Below, one piece after another: positions 49,503 to 59,928 of a stretch of DNA of 64,000 bases (positions are counted from its first letter, which is position 1; each line of letters begins with the position of its first letter). The notes below the pieces were generated by a model that was not told the origin of the DNA, did no database searches, and was given only the letters and a program-made list of their open reading frames with translations. Source of the stretch: an uncultured Coriobacteriales bacterium. GTDB taxonomy: Bacteria > Actinomycetota > Coriobacteriia > Coriobacteriales > UMGS124. The translations under genes and the position numbers were made by a program. The DNA lies in the NCBI GenBank assembly GCA_902464015.1, contig CABQHM010000006.1:8863-72862 (forward strand), written 5' to 3'.

Positions 49503-49539
49503 GGCGCCCGTTGTGTCGTGCAACGGGCGCTCTTCGTTT
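49503..49539 (+). terminator. Rho-independent terminator after the aro operon
   Basis: GCGCCCGTTG-tgtcgtg-CAACGGGCGC followed by TCTTCGTTT. Confidence 0.7.
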
Positions 49540-49544
49540 ACAAT
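49539..49544 (+). promoter_or_regulatory. -10-like hexamer TACAAT upstream of pyrE
   Basis: TACAAT lies 54 nt upstream of ATG 49598, immediately after the terminator T-tract. Confidence 0.3.
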
Positions 49545-49597
49545 AGGAGCCACATCTGCCCTGCGCCTCGGGCGCACGTTCGATTGGAGAGCATGAC

Positions 49598-50233
49598 ATG
49601 GTCGATAAGGTTGCCATCGCAAAGCACCTGCTGGGTATCAAGGCCGTTTTCCTTCGTCCCGACGAGCCGTTCACGTGGGCTTCGGGCATCAAGAGCCCCA
49701 TCTATTGCGACAACCGCCTGACGCTCTCTTTCCCCGAGGCCCGCGAGGCGATCGAGGAGGGCCTGGCCGAGACGGTGCGCTCCGTCTATCCCGAGGCCCA
49801 GGCGCTCATGGGCACCTCCACCGCCGGTATCGCCCATGCCGCCATCGCCGCCTACAAGCTCGAGCTTCCCATGGGTTATGTGCGTGGCTCCGCCAAGGAC
49901 CACGGCCGCAAGAACCAGATCGAGGGCCGCTGCGAGCCCGGTACGAAGGTCGTCGTGATCGAGGACCTCATCTCCACCGCCGGCTCCGTGCTCGATTGCG
50001 TCGAGCCGCTGCGTGCCGCCGGCGCCGACGTCCTCGGTGTCGCCTCCATCTTCACCTACGGCATGCAGAAGGGCCTTGACCGCCTTGCTGAGGCCAACGT
50101 CAAGAACGTGTCCCTGTGCGATTTCGACACGCTCGCGAAGGTCGCCGTGGCCGAGGGCTACATCAAGCCCGAGGATGAGGAGCGCCTGCTTGCCTTCCGC
50201 GCCAACCCCTCCGACGAGTCCTGGATGGCGTAA
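49598..50233 (+). CDS. pyrE: Orotate phosphoribosyltransferase
   Basis: FTWASGIKSPIYCDNR and the PRPP-binding loop VVVIEDLISTAGS. Confidence 0.92.
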   Translation: MVDKVAIAKHLLGIKAVFLRPDEPFTWASGIKSPIYCDNRLTLSFPEAREAIEEGLAETVRSVYPEAQALMGTSTAGIAHAAIAAYKLELPMGYVRGSAKDHGRKNQIEGRCEPGTKVVVIEDLISTAGSVLDCVEPLRAAGADVLGVASIFTYGMQKGLDRLAEANVKNVSLCDFDTLAKVAVAEGYIKPEDEERLLAFRANPSDESWMA

Positions 50234-50423
50234 GGCCTGTCGCCCTCGCCTGAGGCCCCGCAGCGGCATGATTTTGTCGCTTAGCGGCATGTATTGTTAA
50301 ATCCCCGCGTACGGCGGCCGTTTTGCGGTTGCCGTACGCATAGAGGTCTATGATGTCCCATCACCAACGGTGCGCGCGCGACTTCTTGCCGGGTGCGGCA
50401 GTTACACGAAGAGGAGTTCTTTC

Positions 50424-51470
50424 ATGAGCGAGATCGAGAAGAAGGACCTGGACTGGGCAAACCTGTCCTTTGCCTATATGCCCACCGACTACAGCTACGT
50501 CTGCAACTACAAGGACGGCCAGTGGGAGGAGGGTGGCCTCACGCGCGACCACTCCATCACGCTGAGCGAGTGCGCGGGCATCTTCCATTACTGCCAGGAA
50601 GTCTTCGAGGGCCTCAAGGCCTATACCACCAAGGACGGCCGCATCGTCTGCTTCCGCCCCGACATGAACGCCAAGCGCATGCACGACTCGGCTGAGCGTC
50701 TCTGCATGCCCGCCTTCCCCGAGGACAAGTTCGTGGAGGCCGTCAAGCAGGTCGTGGCCGCCAACGCCGCTTGGGTCCCGCCGTACGGCTCGGGCGCCAC
50801 GCTGTACGTGCGTCCCTTCATGATCGCTTCCGGCGAGGTCATCGGCGTCAAGCCCGCCACCGAGTACCAGTTCCGCATTCTCGTGACCCCCGTGGGCCCC
50901 TACTTCAAGGGCGGCGACACCTCCGTTGCCATCACGGTCTCCGACTACGACCGCGCTGCGCCTCACGGCACCGGCAACATCAAGGCCGGCCTCAACTACG
51001 CCATGAGCCTCTATCCGCATGAGAAGGCCCATGCCGAGGGCTATGCCGAGAACCTCTACCTCGACCCCGCCTCGCGCACCTATGTCGAGGAGACCGGCGG
51101 CGCAAACATCCTGCTCGTCGACCGCGAGGGCAACCTCGTCGTGCCCCAGTCGCACTCCGACTCCATCCTGCCCTCCATCACGCGCCGCTCGCTCGTGGCC
51201 CTCGGCCGCGACGTCATGGGCCTCAACGTCATCGAGCGTCCCGTCAAGTTCTCCGAGCTTCAGGCCGGCGACTTCGTCGAGTGCGGCATGTGCGGCACCG
51301 CTGCCGTCATCTCGCCTGTGGCTCGCATCCACAGCCATGAGGGCGACATCGAGTTCCCCGCTTCGCAGGACGGCTGCGGCCCTGTGCTCAAGAAGCTCCG
51401 CGCCGAGCTCGCCGGCATCCAGGCCTGCGACATCGAGGGGCCCGAGGGCTGGGTCTGCGTGGTCTGCTAG
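50424..51470 (+). CDS. ilvE: Branched-chain amino acid aminotransferase
   Basis: FHYCQEVFEGLKAY, YVRPFM, GTGNIKAGLNYA (PLP lysine region), and EETGGANILLV...GMCGTAAVISPV. RBS GAGGAG. Confidence 0.9.
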   Translation: MSEIEKKDLDWANLSFAYMPTDYSYVCNYKDGQWEEGGLTRDHSITLSECAGIFHYCQEVFEGLKAYTTKDGRIVCFRPDMNAKRMHDSAERLCMPAFPEDKFVEAVKQVVAANAAWVPPYGSGATLYVRPFMIASGEVIGVKPATEYQFRILVTPVGPYFKGGDTSVAITVSDYDRAAPHGTGNIKAGLNYAMSLYPHEKAHAEGYAENLYLDPASRTYVEETGGANILLVDREGNLVVPQSHSDSILPSITRRSLVALGRDVMGLNVIERPVKFSELQAGDFVECGMCGTAAVISPVARIHSHEGDIEFPASQDGCGPVLKKLRAELAGIQACDIEGPEGWVCVVC

Positions 51471-51495
51471 TCGCACCTTTTTCTCAGCACGTTGC

Positions 51496-51527
51496 GGAGC
51501 CGTCCAGATTGGGCGGCTCCTTTCGTT
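51496..51527 (+). terminator. Rho-independent terminator of ilvE
   Basis: GGAGCCG-tccagattggg-CGGCTCC followed by TTTCGTT. Confidence 0.75.
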
Positions 51528-51537
51528 ATGTAATGTG

Positions 51538-51543
51538 TACAAT
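51538..51543 (+). promoter_or_regulatory. -10-like hexamer TACAAT upstream of the acyl-CoA synthetase gene, embedded in a short palindrome
   Basis: GTAATgTGTACAaTTAC (51531-51547) contains TACAAT and the palindrome TGTACA. It lies 39 nt upstream of ATG 51582. Confidence 0.3.
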
Positions 51544-51581
51544 TACGCACAACGAGTCCCTTCAATTATGTGAGGTTCGCA

Positions 51582-53219
51582 ATGCCGATTACCGACTTCC
51601 TGCGGCGCAACGCCCATGACTATGCAGACGAGGTCGCCCTTGTCGAGATCAACCCTGAGATTCAGGAGCTCGATCACGCGACGTGGCGCGACTACAGCCT
51701 CGTCCAAAGCACCTGCATGCAGCCGTACCGCAGGCAGATTACCTGGAGTGTCTTCGACGAGAAGGCAAATCGCTTTGCCAACCTACTGCTCAGTCGTGGC
51801 GTGAAGAAGGGCGACAAGGTCGCAATCCTTCTCATGAACTGCCTCGAGTACCTGCCCATCTTCTTTGGCGTGCTCAAGAGCGGCGCAACGGTGGTTCCGC
51901 TCAACTTCCGCTATACCGCCGAGGAGATTGAGTACTGCGTCGATTTAGCCGACGTCGACATCCTTGTCTTCGGCCCGCAGTTCACTGGCCGCATCGAGCA
52001 AATCGAGCCGCGCGTTTCTAAGAACCGCCTGCTGTTCTATGTCGGCAACGACTGTCCAACCTTTGCCGAGAGCTACAACGAGCTCACCGCTAATATGCCC
52101 AGCTCCGACCCCTTTGTGCCTGTCACGGAGTACGAGGACGCCGCCATCTACTTCTCGAGTGGCACCACCGGCTTCCCCAAGGCCATCCTGCACAACCATG
52201 AGAGCCTCACGCAGGCGGCGCAGATGGAGCAGAAGCACCACGGGCAGACCCACGACGACGTGTTTCTGTGCATCCCGCCGCTGTACCACACCGGTGCCGC
52301 CATGCACTGGCTGGGCAGTCTCATCTGCGGTGGCAAGGGTGTGCTCCTGCGCGGCGTGACCCCCAAGGCCATCTTCGACGCCATCAGCTCGGAGCGGTGC
52401 ACCATCGTGTGGCTGCTTGTGCCGTGGGCCCAAGACATCCTCCTTGCCATCGAGGAAGGTGCCATCAAGCTTGAGGATTACAAGCTCGACCAGTGGCGTC
52501 TCATGCACATCGGTGCCCAGCCGGTTCCCAAGAGCCTCATCAAGAAGTGGAAGTCGATTTTCCCGCATCATCAGTACGATACCAACTACGGCCTGTCCGA
52601 GTCCACGGGCCCGGGCTGCGTGCACCTGGGCGTGGAGAACATCGACCACGTGGGCGCCATCGGCGTGCCCGGCTACAACTGGGATGTCAAGATCATCGAC
52701 TCGCACGGCGAGCCGGTGGCAAAGGGCGAGGTCGGCGAGCTGTGCGTCAAGGGTCCGGGTGTCATGACCTGCTACTACAACAACCCCAAGGCCACCGCCG
52801 AGTCGCTGCAGAACGGCTGGCTGCTCACCGGCGACATGGCGCGTCAGGACGAGGACGGCTTCTACTGGCTTGTCGACCGCAAGAAGGACGTCGTCATCTC
52901 GGGTGGCGAGAACATCTACCCCGTGCAGATCGAGGACTTCCTCTCGGCCAACCCTGCAGTGAAGGACGTCGCGGTCATCGGCCTGCCCGACGAGCGTCTG
53001 GGCGAGATCTGCGCCGCCATCATCGAGCTCAAGCCCGAGTACACCGACACCACCGTCGAGGACATCAACGAGTACTGCCTCGACCTGCCTCGTTACAAGC
53101 GTCCGCGCAAGATTATCTTCGCCGACGTTCCGCGCAACCCCACGGGCAAGATCGAAAAGCCCGTGTTGCGTCAGCGCTACGGGGCCGAGCAGCTTGTTGA
53201 CCGCGAGAACCACGCATAA
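51582..53219 (+). CDS. AMP-dependent synthetase/ligase (acyl-CoA synthetase family)
   Basis: AMP-binding motifs YFSSGTTGFPKAI, YGLSEST and TGDMARQDEDGFYWLVDRKKDVVISGGENIYP, plus the C-terminal PRNPTGKI. Confidence 0.88.
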   Translation: MPITDFLRRNAHDYADEVALVEINPEIQELDHATWRDYSLVQSTCMQPYRRQITWSVFDEKANRFANLLLSRGVKKGDKVAILLMNCLEYLPIFFGVLKSGATVVPLNFRYTAEEIEYCVDLADVDILVFGPQFTGRIEQIEPRVSKNRLLFYVGNDCPTFAESYNELTANMPSSDPFVPVTEYEDAAIYFSSGTTGFPKAILHNHESLTQAAQMEQKHHGQTHDDVFLCIPPLYHTGAAMHWLGSLICGGKGVLLRGVTPKAIFDAISSERCTIVWLLVPWAQDILLAIEEGAIKLEDYKLDQWRLMHIGAQPVPKSLIKKWKSIFPHHQYDTNYGLSESTGPGCVHLGVENIDHVGAIGVPGYNWDVKIIDSHGEPVAKGEVGELCVKGPGVMTCYYNNPKATAESLQNGWLLTGDMARQDEDGFYWLVDRKKDVVISGGENIYPVQIEDFLSANPAVKDVAVIGLPDERLGEICAAIIELKPEYTDTTVEDINEYCLDLPRYKRPRKIIFADVPRNPTGKIEKPVLRQRYGAEQLVDRENHA

Positions 53220-53236
53220 AGGGATAGGGGAGCGAC

Positions 53237-53578
53237 GTGCGCGACTTTGCAACCTTTGAGACGTACGACTTCGCGTTTCGCTGCCTGGACGAGGAGGGCG
53301 TCATGTGTCGCTACGACGCCCTCCTGTCTTTCTCCCTTGAGGAGTCGGGCCCCATCTACCTCGTGTACACCGACCTCGTGAGCGACGAAGCGGGCGAGGA
53401 GGCAATGTACGCCTCGGTCGTGGTCGACCCCGAGCAGGTGAGGGCGGCCCAGTACGCCGTGGAGCACGGCATGACGCCGAAGAAGCCCCCCGTCGTCGAC
53501 TTGGTCGACATAGAAGAGGACCTCAAGCCCATGGTGCTCGAGGTCCTCGACGAGGTGCTTGCTGACGAAGAGGGCTAA
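53237..53578 (+). CDS. Small acidic protein, DUF1292-like
   Basis: 113 aa with the pattern FRCLDEEGVMCRYDALLSF..EESGPIYLVYTD......EEAMYASVV and an acidic tail, resembling DUF1292 proteins. GTG start 18 nt after the upstream stop. Confidence 0.55.
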   Translation: MRDFATFETYDFAFRCLDEEGVMCRYDALLSFSLEESGPIYLVYTDLVSDEAGEEAMYASVVVDPEQVRAAQYAVEHGMTPKKPPVVDLVDIEEDLKPMVLEVLDEVLADEEG

Positions 53579-53620
53579 GTCGCCCCTTCTTGTGTAAAAG
53601 AGCCGCGGAGCCCTTTGGGG

Positions 53621-56113
53621 TTACCCGATGCGTTCGAAGAGATGGCCGCTTGTCGCGCTAGCAGCGCGGGGGGCGGCCATCTTGCCGTTGCGGACGGCAT
53701 CGAGGGCGGCCTTCACGTGATGCACGGCGTCGGCTGTCTCCTGGGGGCTGTCGCACAGGCGGCAGTCCACGCCGAAGCGGCTAACGCCGCAGCGCATGAG
53801 CTCGGCCATCTGCGGCGTGGCGTCGAGAACCTCAGCCTGCCACACGCCGGCACGACCCAGGGCGTCGGAGGTCACGATGCTCGGGCGGTCGAACTCGTCG
53901 CGCATCTCGAGCTTGAGCGAGCGACGTGCGCACGTCGCGCAGGTCTTGGAGCAGTCGCCCATGCTCTGCAGCATGCAGTGCTCGCAGGTCATGGTGCGGA
54001 TGTGTCCCCAGACCTTCATGCCGAGTTCAAGCTCGCTCGTCGCGGCGAGCTGGGAAATCTCGAGCAGGTCGAGCTCGCAGGAGAGCCATGCACCCGTGAC
54101 GCCGTGCGCTGCCATGAACTCGAAGGCGGGGGCGTTGTGCAGCTCCATCTCGTCGGTAAGCCAGATGTCGGCCTTGCCCGTGTGCGCTTCCTCGAGCCAA
54201 GAGACGTTTGAGACGGCAATCTCACGGGCGCCCGTCAGGTCGAGGTCGTCCACTGCCGCGTGGTCGGCTGTGCGTGCGACGGCGGGCAGGATGCAGATGA
54301 CGCCGTCGGGCCACGCCGCGTCGGTCTGACCAGGGGCATCCGTGCGCCTGCGGGCGCTGCTTGCCGGGCCAAGAGCCAGGTCGATGGCCGAGACATAGAC
54401 GAGGTCGGCTCCGGCCTCGAGTGCCGCCTGGGCATCCTCGGGAGTGGTCACGTGGGCGCAGAGCTTGGCCTGCGAGGGGTCGCAGGCGCCGCGCCTTTTG
54501 CGTGCGCTGAGGCTTAAGGGGGCGGGTGCCGTCGAGAGCTCGCCGTCCGTCCAGGGCTTCAGAATCTCGTCTTTGAGCGCCCGCACAGCCTCGGCGCGCA
54601 CGGCGTGCACGGCCGAAAACGACATGCCGACGCCTTCGTCCATCTCGATATCCCAGCTGGCAGCTTCAAAGGGGCTGGTGCCAAAGCGTCCCACGTGCTC
54701 GCGCAGGTCCTCCTCGCTCACGGCTCGGCTGCGGGCCGCCTCCACGCAGAACCCCGCGGCGCGTGCGCACACGACGTCGCGTCCCATGTCGGGATGGGCG
54801 TCTCCGGCGCGCGTCTCAAGCTCGACGGTGAAAGGCTCGCCGAGGCGCGCAATGACATGCACGTGCACCGCACGCTTGCGGGGCCAGGCACGTGCGGCGA
54901 ACTCGCGGGCCTGCGTCATGCCGTGCTCGCTGCGGATGACGCGCACATCGCAGCCGGCGCCCATGGCGCGCGGCAAGTCGAGCGCGAGCTGAGTGGGTCC
55001 GTCGGTCGTGCGCGGGCAGGGTGCCGTCACATAGTCGTCGAAGTTGTCGGGGTTGCGAATCTCGAGAAGGTCGCCAACTCCTACAGGTTCGGTGAGGTCG
55101 GCGATGGCCTTCTTGCCTTTTGCCTGGATGATGCAGCCCGCATATTGACCGCGGTTGTTGCCGCGCTCGTAGCTCATGAAGTCGTTGTCGTGCTTGCCGT
55201 GCAGGTAACCGTCGGTGAAGTTGCGGTTGAAGGCGCGTGCCAGGTCGCGCATGACCGCGGCGTCCACACGAGGGTCTTCGCCCTGCTCCCACTCGTCGAG
55301 CGCGGCGCGGTAGGCCTTCGTGACGGTGCCCACATAGTCGGGGGCCTTCATCCTGCCCTCGAGTTTCATGCTCGCGCACCCCGCTTCGACGAGCGCGTCG
55401 ATGTCGGCGATCGTGCAGTTGTCGCGCGGCGACATGAGGCGCGTGCCGTTCATGCGGTCGCGCTGCGTGCCCTTTTCGTCGACGAGGCGGTAGGGCAGGC
55501 GGCAAGGCTGGCGGCACAGACCGCGGTTGGCCGACTTTCCGCGTTGCATGCTGCTGAGCAGGCACAGCCCCGAGTAGCACACGCAGATGGCGCCGTGTGC
55601 GAACACCTCGAGCTCGACGCCCTCATGCGAGCACGACTCGATTTCGGGAAGCGTCATCTCGCGCGACAGCGTCACGCGCGAGCAGCCGGCCTCTTTGGCA
55701 AAGCGAACGCCTGCGGCATCGTTGACGTTGCCCTGGGTGGAGAGGTGGATCTCGATCTGCGGCCACAGGGTGCGCGTCAGCGAGATGAGGCCCCAGTCGG
55801 CCATGATGAAGGCGTCGGCGCCGGCGAGGTGGCAGTCGTGCACGAGGGCGAGCGCCCGGGGCATCTCCTCTTGGGCGATGAGGATGTTCACCGTGATGTA
55901 GACGCGCGCGCCTGCCAGATGGGCCAGCTCGCAGCACTCGCGGAGCTGGTCGAGGTCCAGGTTGTCGGCGTTGCGTCGCGCATTGAAGCTGCCAAGGCCG
56001 CAGTAGATGGCATCGGCCCCTGCAGCGAGCGCTGCCTTGAACGCGTCCTGTGTTCCAGCCGGGCTCAAAAGCTCGGGGGCCTTGTGCGTGCGCTGCATCT
56101 GCGTTGCGTCCAT
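53621..56113 (-). CDS. Large U32-family protein with two U32-like modules (peptidase U32 / prephenate-dependent RNA or quinone hydroxylase family)
   Basis: The N-terminal module has PELLSPAG, AGADAIYCG, VYITVNIL and the U32 Cys signature HGAICVCYSGLCLLSSMQRGKSANRGLCRQPCRLPY. The C-terminal module has a second Cys cluster, GHIRTMTCEHCMLQSMGDCSKTCATCARR. The start is taken at MDATQ (56113); the ORF runs to 56257. Confidence 0.8.
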   Translation of the reverse strand: MDATQMQRTHKAPELLSPAGTQDAFKAALAAGADAIYCGLGSFNARRNADNLDLDQLRECCELAHLAGARVYITVNILIAQEEMPRALALVHDCHLAGADAFIMADWGLISLTRTLWPQIEIHLSTQGNVNDAAGVRFAKEAGCSRVTLSREMTLPEIESCSHEGVELEVFAHGAICVCYSGLCLLSSMQRGKSANRGLCRQPCRLPYRLVDEKGTQRDRMNGTRLMSPRDNCTIADIDALVEAGCASMKLEGRMKAPDYVGTVTKAYRAALDEWEQGEDPRVDAAVMRDLARAFNRNFTDGYLHGKHDNDFMSYERGNNRGQYAGCIIQAKGKKAIADLTEPVGVGDLLEIRNPDNFDDYVTAPCPRTTDGPTQLALDLPRAMGAGCDVRVIRSEHGMTQAREFAARAWPRKRAVHVHVIARLGEPFTVELETRAGDAHPDMGRDVVCARAAGFCVEAARSRAVSEEDLREHVGRFGTSPFEAASWDIEMDEGVGMSFSAVHAVRAEAVRALKDEILKPWTDGELSTAPAPLSLSARKRRGACDPSQAKLCAHVTTPEDAQAALEAGADLVYVSAIDLALGPASSARRRTDAPGQTDAAWPDGVICILPAVARTADHAAVDDLDLTGAREIAVSNVSWLEEAHTGKADIWLTDEMELHNAPAFEFMAAHGVTGAWLSCELDLLEISQLAATSELELGMKVWGHIRTMTCEHCMLQSMGDCSKTCATCARRSLKLEMRDEFDRPSIVTSDALGRAGVWQAEVLDATPQMAELMRCGVSRFGVDCRLCDSPQETADAVHHVKAALDAVRNGKMAAPRAASATSGHLFERIG

Positions 56114-56178
56114 GTTCTCGTTCTTTCGTGGTTGAGCGCTCGGTCGTGGTAATCCGTGCGTGTTTGCTGGAAGTACAG

Positions 56179-56184
56179 TAGAAT
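56179..56184 (+). promoter_or_regulatory. -10-like hexamer TAGAAT upstream of tgt
   Basis: TAGAAT lies 88 nt upstream of the TTG start at 56272, in the divergent U32/tgt intergenic region. Confidence 0.3.
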
Positions 56185-56259
56185 GGCTTATTCTATACCG
56201 CAGAAACCGCCTTGCGCCCCCTGTCTGCACGATGGACGCGGGCATTACGCAACTCATGA

Positions 56260-57414
<1,155 letters not shown>

Positions 57415-57421
57415 TTAGGCT

Positions 57422-57427
57422 TATACT
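57422..57427 (+). promoter_or_regulatory. -10-like hexamer TATACT upstream of secD
   Basis: TATACT lies 62 nt upstream of ATG 57489 in a 74-nt gap after tgt. Confidence 0.3.
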
Positions 57428-57488
57428 GTCGTAATCTGTCAGTGCCGAGGCGCGTGTTGTCGCGTGCCCGGCAAACAAGGGAGCTGAT

Positions 57489-58973
57489 ATGTCGGATAAG
57501 AACGCTGAGCCGCACAGCGTGGCTCAAGCCTGGGCGGAAGCCTCGGGCACGGCGCGACCTGCACCGAAGAAATCCAAGAAGAAGCCGCACAAGAAGGCGA
57601 TGAAGCCCGATGTGCGCCGCTACGTGAGCGTGCTCGTGGTGCTAGTCGTGCTGCTTGCCGTGTGCTTCGTGGGCTTCTGGCCGCTTGACCAGAAGATCAC
57701 GCAGGGCCTCGACATCAAGGGCGGCGTCTCGGTCATCATGACCGCCGACAAGCCCGACGGCTCGGACGTCACCGACACCGACATGGAGTCGGCCGTGGCA
57801 ATCGTCACGAACCGCGTTAACTCCCTGGGCGCCAGCGAGGCCACCGTTCAGCGTCAGGGCACGAACCAGATTCTCATTCAGATTCCTGGCGCCACCAACG
57901 CCCAGGAGGTCATCGACACCATGGGCACCACCGGCACCCTTGAGTTCGTCGACCTCAACGACATCGCCGACCAGGATGCCCTGGCCAAGATCAACGCCGG
58001 CGCCACGGGCGTGAAGCTTGAGCCCGGCACCTATGAGGCCTTCATGACCGGCGACCAGATCGAGAGCGTCACCATCGGCATGCAGAGCTCGGGCAGCGCC
58101 TATTATTCCGTGAACCTGCACCTCGACGCCCAGGGCACCAAGGCCTTCGGCGACGTGACGAGGGTTCTGGCTGACACGAAGAGCCGCATCGCCATCCTGC
58201 TCGACGGCGTGGTCCAGAGCGCCCCTGCCGTGCAGACCGCCATCACCAACGGCGACGTCTCCATCACGGGCAACTACTCCCTCGAGGAGGCCAAATCGTT
58301 CAAGACCGTCCTGGAGTCCGGTGCCCTTCCCGTGACGCTTGAGTACTCCGAGTCCAGCTACGTCGGCCCCACGCTCGGACAGGACTCCCTCATGCAGGGC
58401 CTTGTGGCCGTCGTTGTCGGCTTTATCCTCATCCTTGTGTACCTGTTCGTGTTCTACCAGGGCATGGGTCTCATCACCGCCGGCGCACTGCTCACCTTCG
58501 GCATCGTCTACCTGGGTATCTTTGCCGCACTTTCCTCGATGGGCCTCTTTGCGCTCTCGCTGTCCGGCCTTGCCGGCGTCGTGCTGACCATCGGTATGGC
58601 GGCCGACTCCACCATTCTCGTGCTTGAGCGTTTCCGTGAGGAGCTGCGTGCGGGCAAGTCCGTTCGCACTGCCTCCATCTCCGGTTCCAAGCACGGCATC
58701 ATGACCGCCCTCGATGCCGGCGTGGTGTCGCTCATCTCCGCCCTGGGCCTGTTCTTCCTCACCACGGGCTCGGCGCGCGGCTTCGGCCTCACGCTTGCCC
58801 TGGGCGTCCTCTGCTCGTTCTTTACGCTGCTCATGTTCACCACTCCCGCCATTCGCCTGCTTGGCCGCGGCGCCGTGGAGAAGAACCCCGGCTTCTGGGG
58901 CGTCAAAGCCGACATGGAAGAGGCAAAGAAGCCCGCTGCCTCTGCCGTGAAGGGGGGTGAGCAGGATGCGTAG
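57489..58973 (+). CDS. secD: Protein translocase subunit SecD
   Basis: An N-terminal TM and periplasmic domain (GLDIKGGVS, LEFV). C-terminal six-TM bundle with VGPTLGQDS and IGMAADSTILVLERFREE. Confidence 0.92.
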   Translation: MSDKNAEPHSVAQAWAEASGTARPAPKKSKKKPHKKAMKPDVRRYVSVLVVLVVLLAVCFVGFWPLDQKITQGLDIKGGVSVIMTADKPDGSDVTDTDMESAVAIVTNRVNSLGASEATVQRQGTNQILIQIPGATNAQEVIDTMGTTGTLEFVDLNDIADQDALAKINAGATGVKLEPGTYEAFMTGDQIESVTIGMQSSGSAYYSVNLHLDAQGTKAFGDVTRVLADTKSRIAILLDGVVQSAPAVQTAITNGDVSITGNYSLEEAKSFKTVLESGALPVTLEYSESSYVGPTLGQDSLMQGLVAVVVGFILILVYLFVFYQGMGLITAGALLTFGIVYLGIFAALSSMGLFALSLSGLAGVVLTIGMAADSTILVLERFREELRAGKSVRTASISGSKHGIMTALDAGVVSLISALGLFFLTTGSARGFGLTLALGVLCSFFTLLMFTTPAIRLLGRGAVEKNPGFWGVKADMEEAKKPAASAVKGGEQDA

Positions 58974-59928
58974 CCATTTCAAGCATGAGATTCGGTTCGT
59001 CAAGCATCGCAACCTGTTCTTTACTATCTCGCTCGTACTCGTCGTGCTTTCCATCGCCGGTCTTCTGTTCCGCGGCCTCAACTTCGGCATCGAGTTCCTC
59101 GGTGGCTCGCAGGTCACGTTCAACGACGCCGCCGGCGTGACGCAGTCTCAGCTGCGCGACGCCTTCTCCGACCAGGGCCAGCCTGACGCCGTCGTTCAGA
59201 CCACCTCGGTCAACGACGTCGACGGCTTCATGGTGCGCACCGGCGAGACCGACCCCGTCGAGGCAAACGCCGTGGCTTCTGCCGTGGCGCAGCAGGTCGG
59301 CATCGCGGACAACACGTTCTCCGTCACCACCATCGGCCCCAACTGGGGCGGCGACATCACGCGCTCCATGGCGATCGCCTTCGTGGTCGTCATCGCGCTC
59401 ATCATCCTGTATGTCTCTGTGCGCTATGAGTTCAAGATGGCCCTCATGGGCGTCCTGTCCCTGGCTCAGGTGCTCGTGATCGTCATGGGCATCTACTCCT
59501 GGACGCAGATGGAGGTCACGCCCAACGTCGTGGCGGCCCTGCTCACCATCATGGGCTACTGCCTCTACGACACCGTCGTGGTGTTCAACCGCGTCAACGA
59601 GAACATCCGCGGCCTTCGCGACGGCGTGCACCGCACGGCCATGCAGATCACCAACTGGTCTGAGAACCAGGTCATCGTGCGTTCGCTCAACACCTCCATC
59701 ACCTCTGTGGTGCCCGTGTTCATCCTCCTGCTTTTCGGCGGCGACACCCTCAAGGGCTTCGCCTTCGCCATGGTGTGCGGCCTCGTGCTGAGCACCTACT
59801 CCTCGCTTGTCCTTGCCGCGCCTGCCTATGCGCTGTGGAAGGGCCGCGAGCCGCAGTGGCGTGAAGCTGAGAAGCGTTACGGCGACAAGGCCGCCGACGC
59901 TTCTCCCGACACCAAGCAGGGCCGCTAA
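58957..59928 (+). CDS. secF: Protein translocase subunit SecF
   Basis: GLNFGIEFLGGS, GPNWGGD, and YDTVVVFNRVNEN. It overlaps the secD stop. An alternative ATG lies at 58966. Confidence 0.9.
   Translation: MSRMRSHFKHEIRFVKHRNLFFTISLVLVVLSIAGLLFRGLNFGIEFLGGSQVTFNDAAGVTQSQLRDAFSDQGQPDAVVQTTSVNDVDGFMVRTGETDPVEANAVASAVAQQVGIADNTFSVTTIGPNWGGDITRSMAIAFVVVIALIILYVSVRYEFKMALMGVLSLAQVLVIVMGIYSWTQMEVTPNVVAALLTIMGYCLYDTVVVFNRVNENIRGLRDGVHRTAMQITNWSENQVIVRSLNTSITSVVPVFILLLFGGDTLKGFAFAMVCGLVLSTYSSLVLAAPAYALWKGREPQWREAEKRYGDKAADASPDTKQGR

Noticed and set aside
50234-50423. A T-box or leader-peptide attenuator upstream of ilvE. The same was considered for aroF at 40713-40833.
   Set aside because: The leaders are too short (about 120-190 nt) for a T-box. 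No specifier, T-box or antiterminator sequence is seen. No short ORF rich in Ile/Leu/Val or Phe/Tyr/Trp codons is present.
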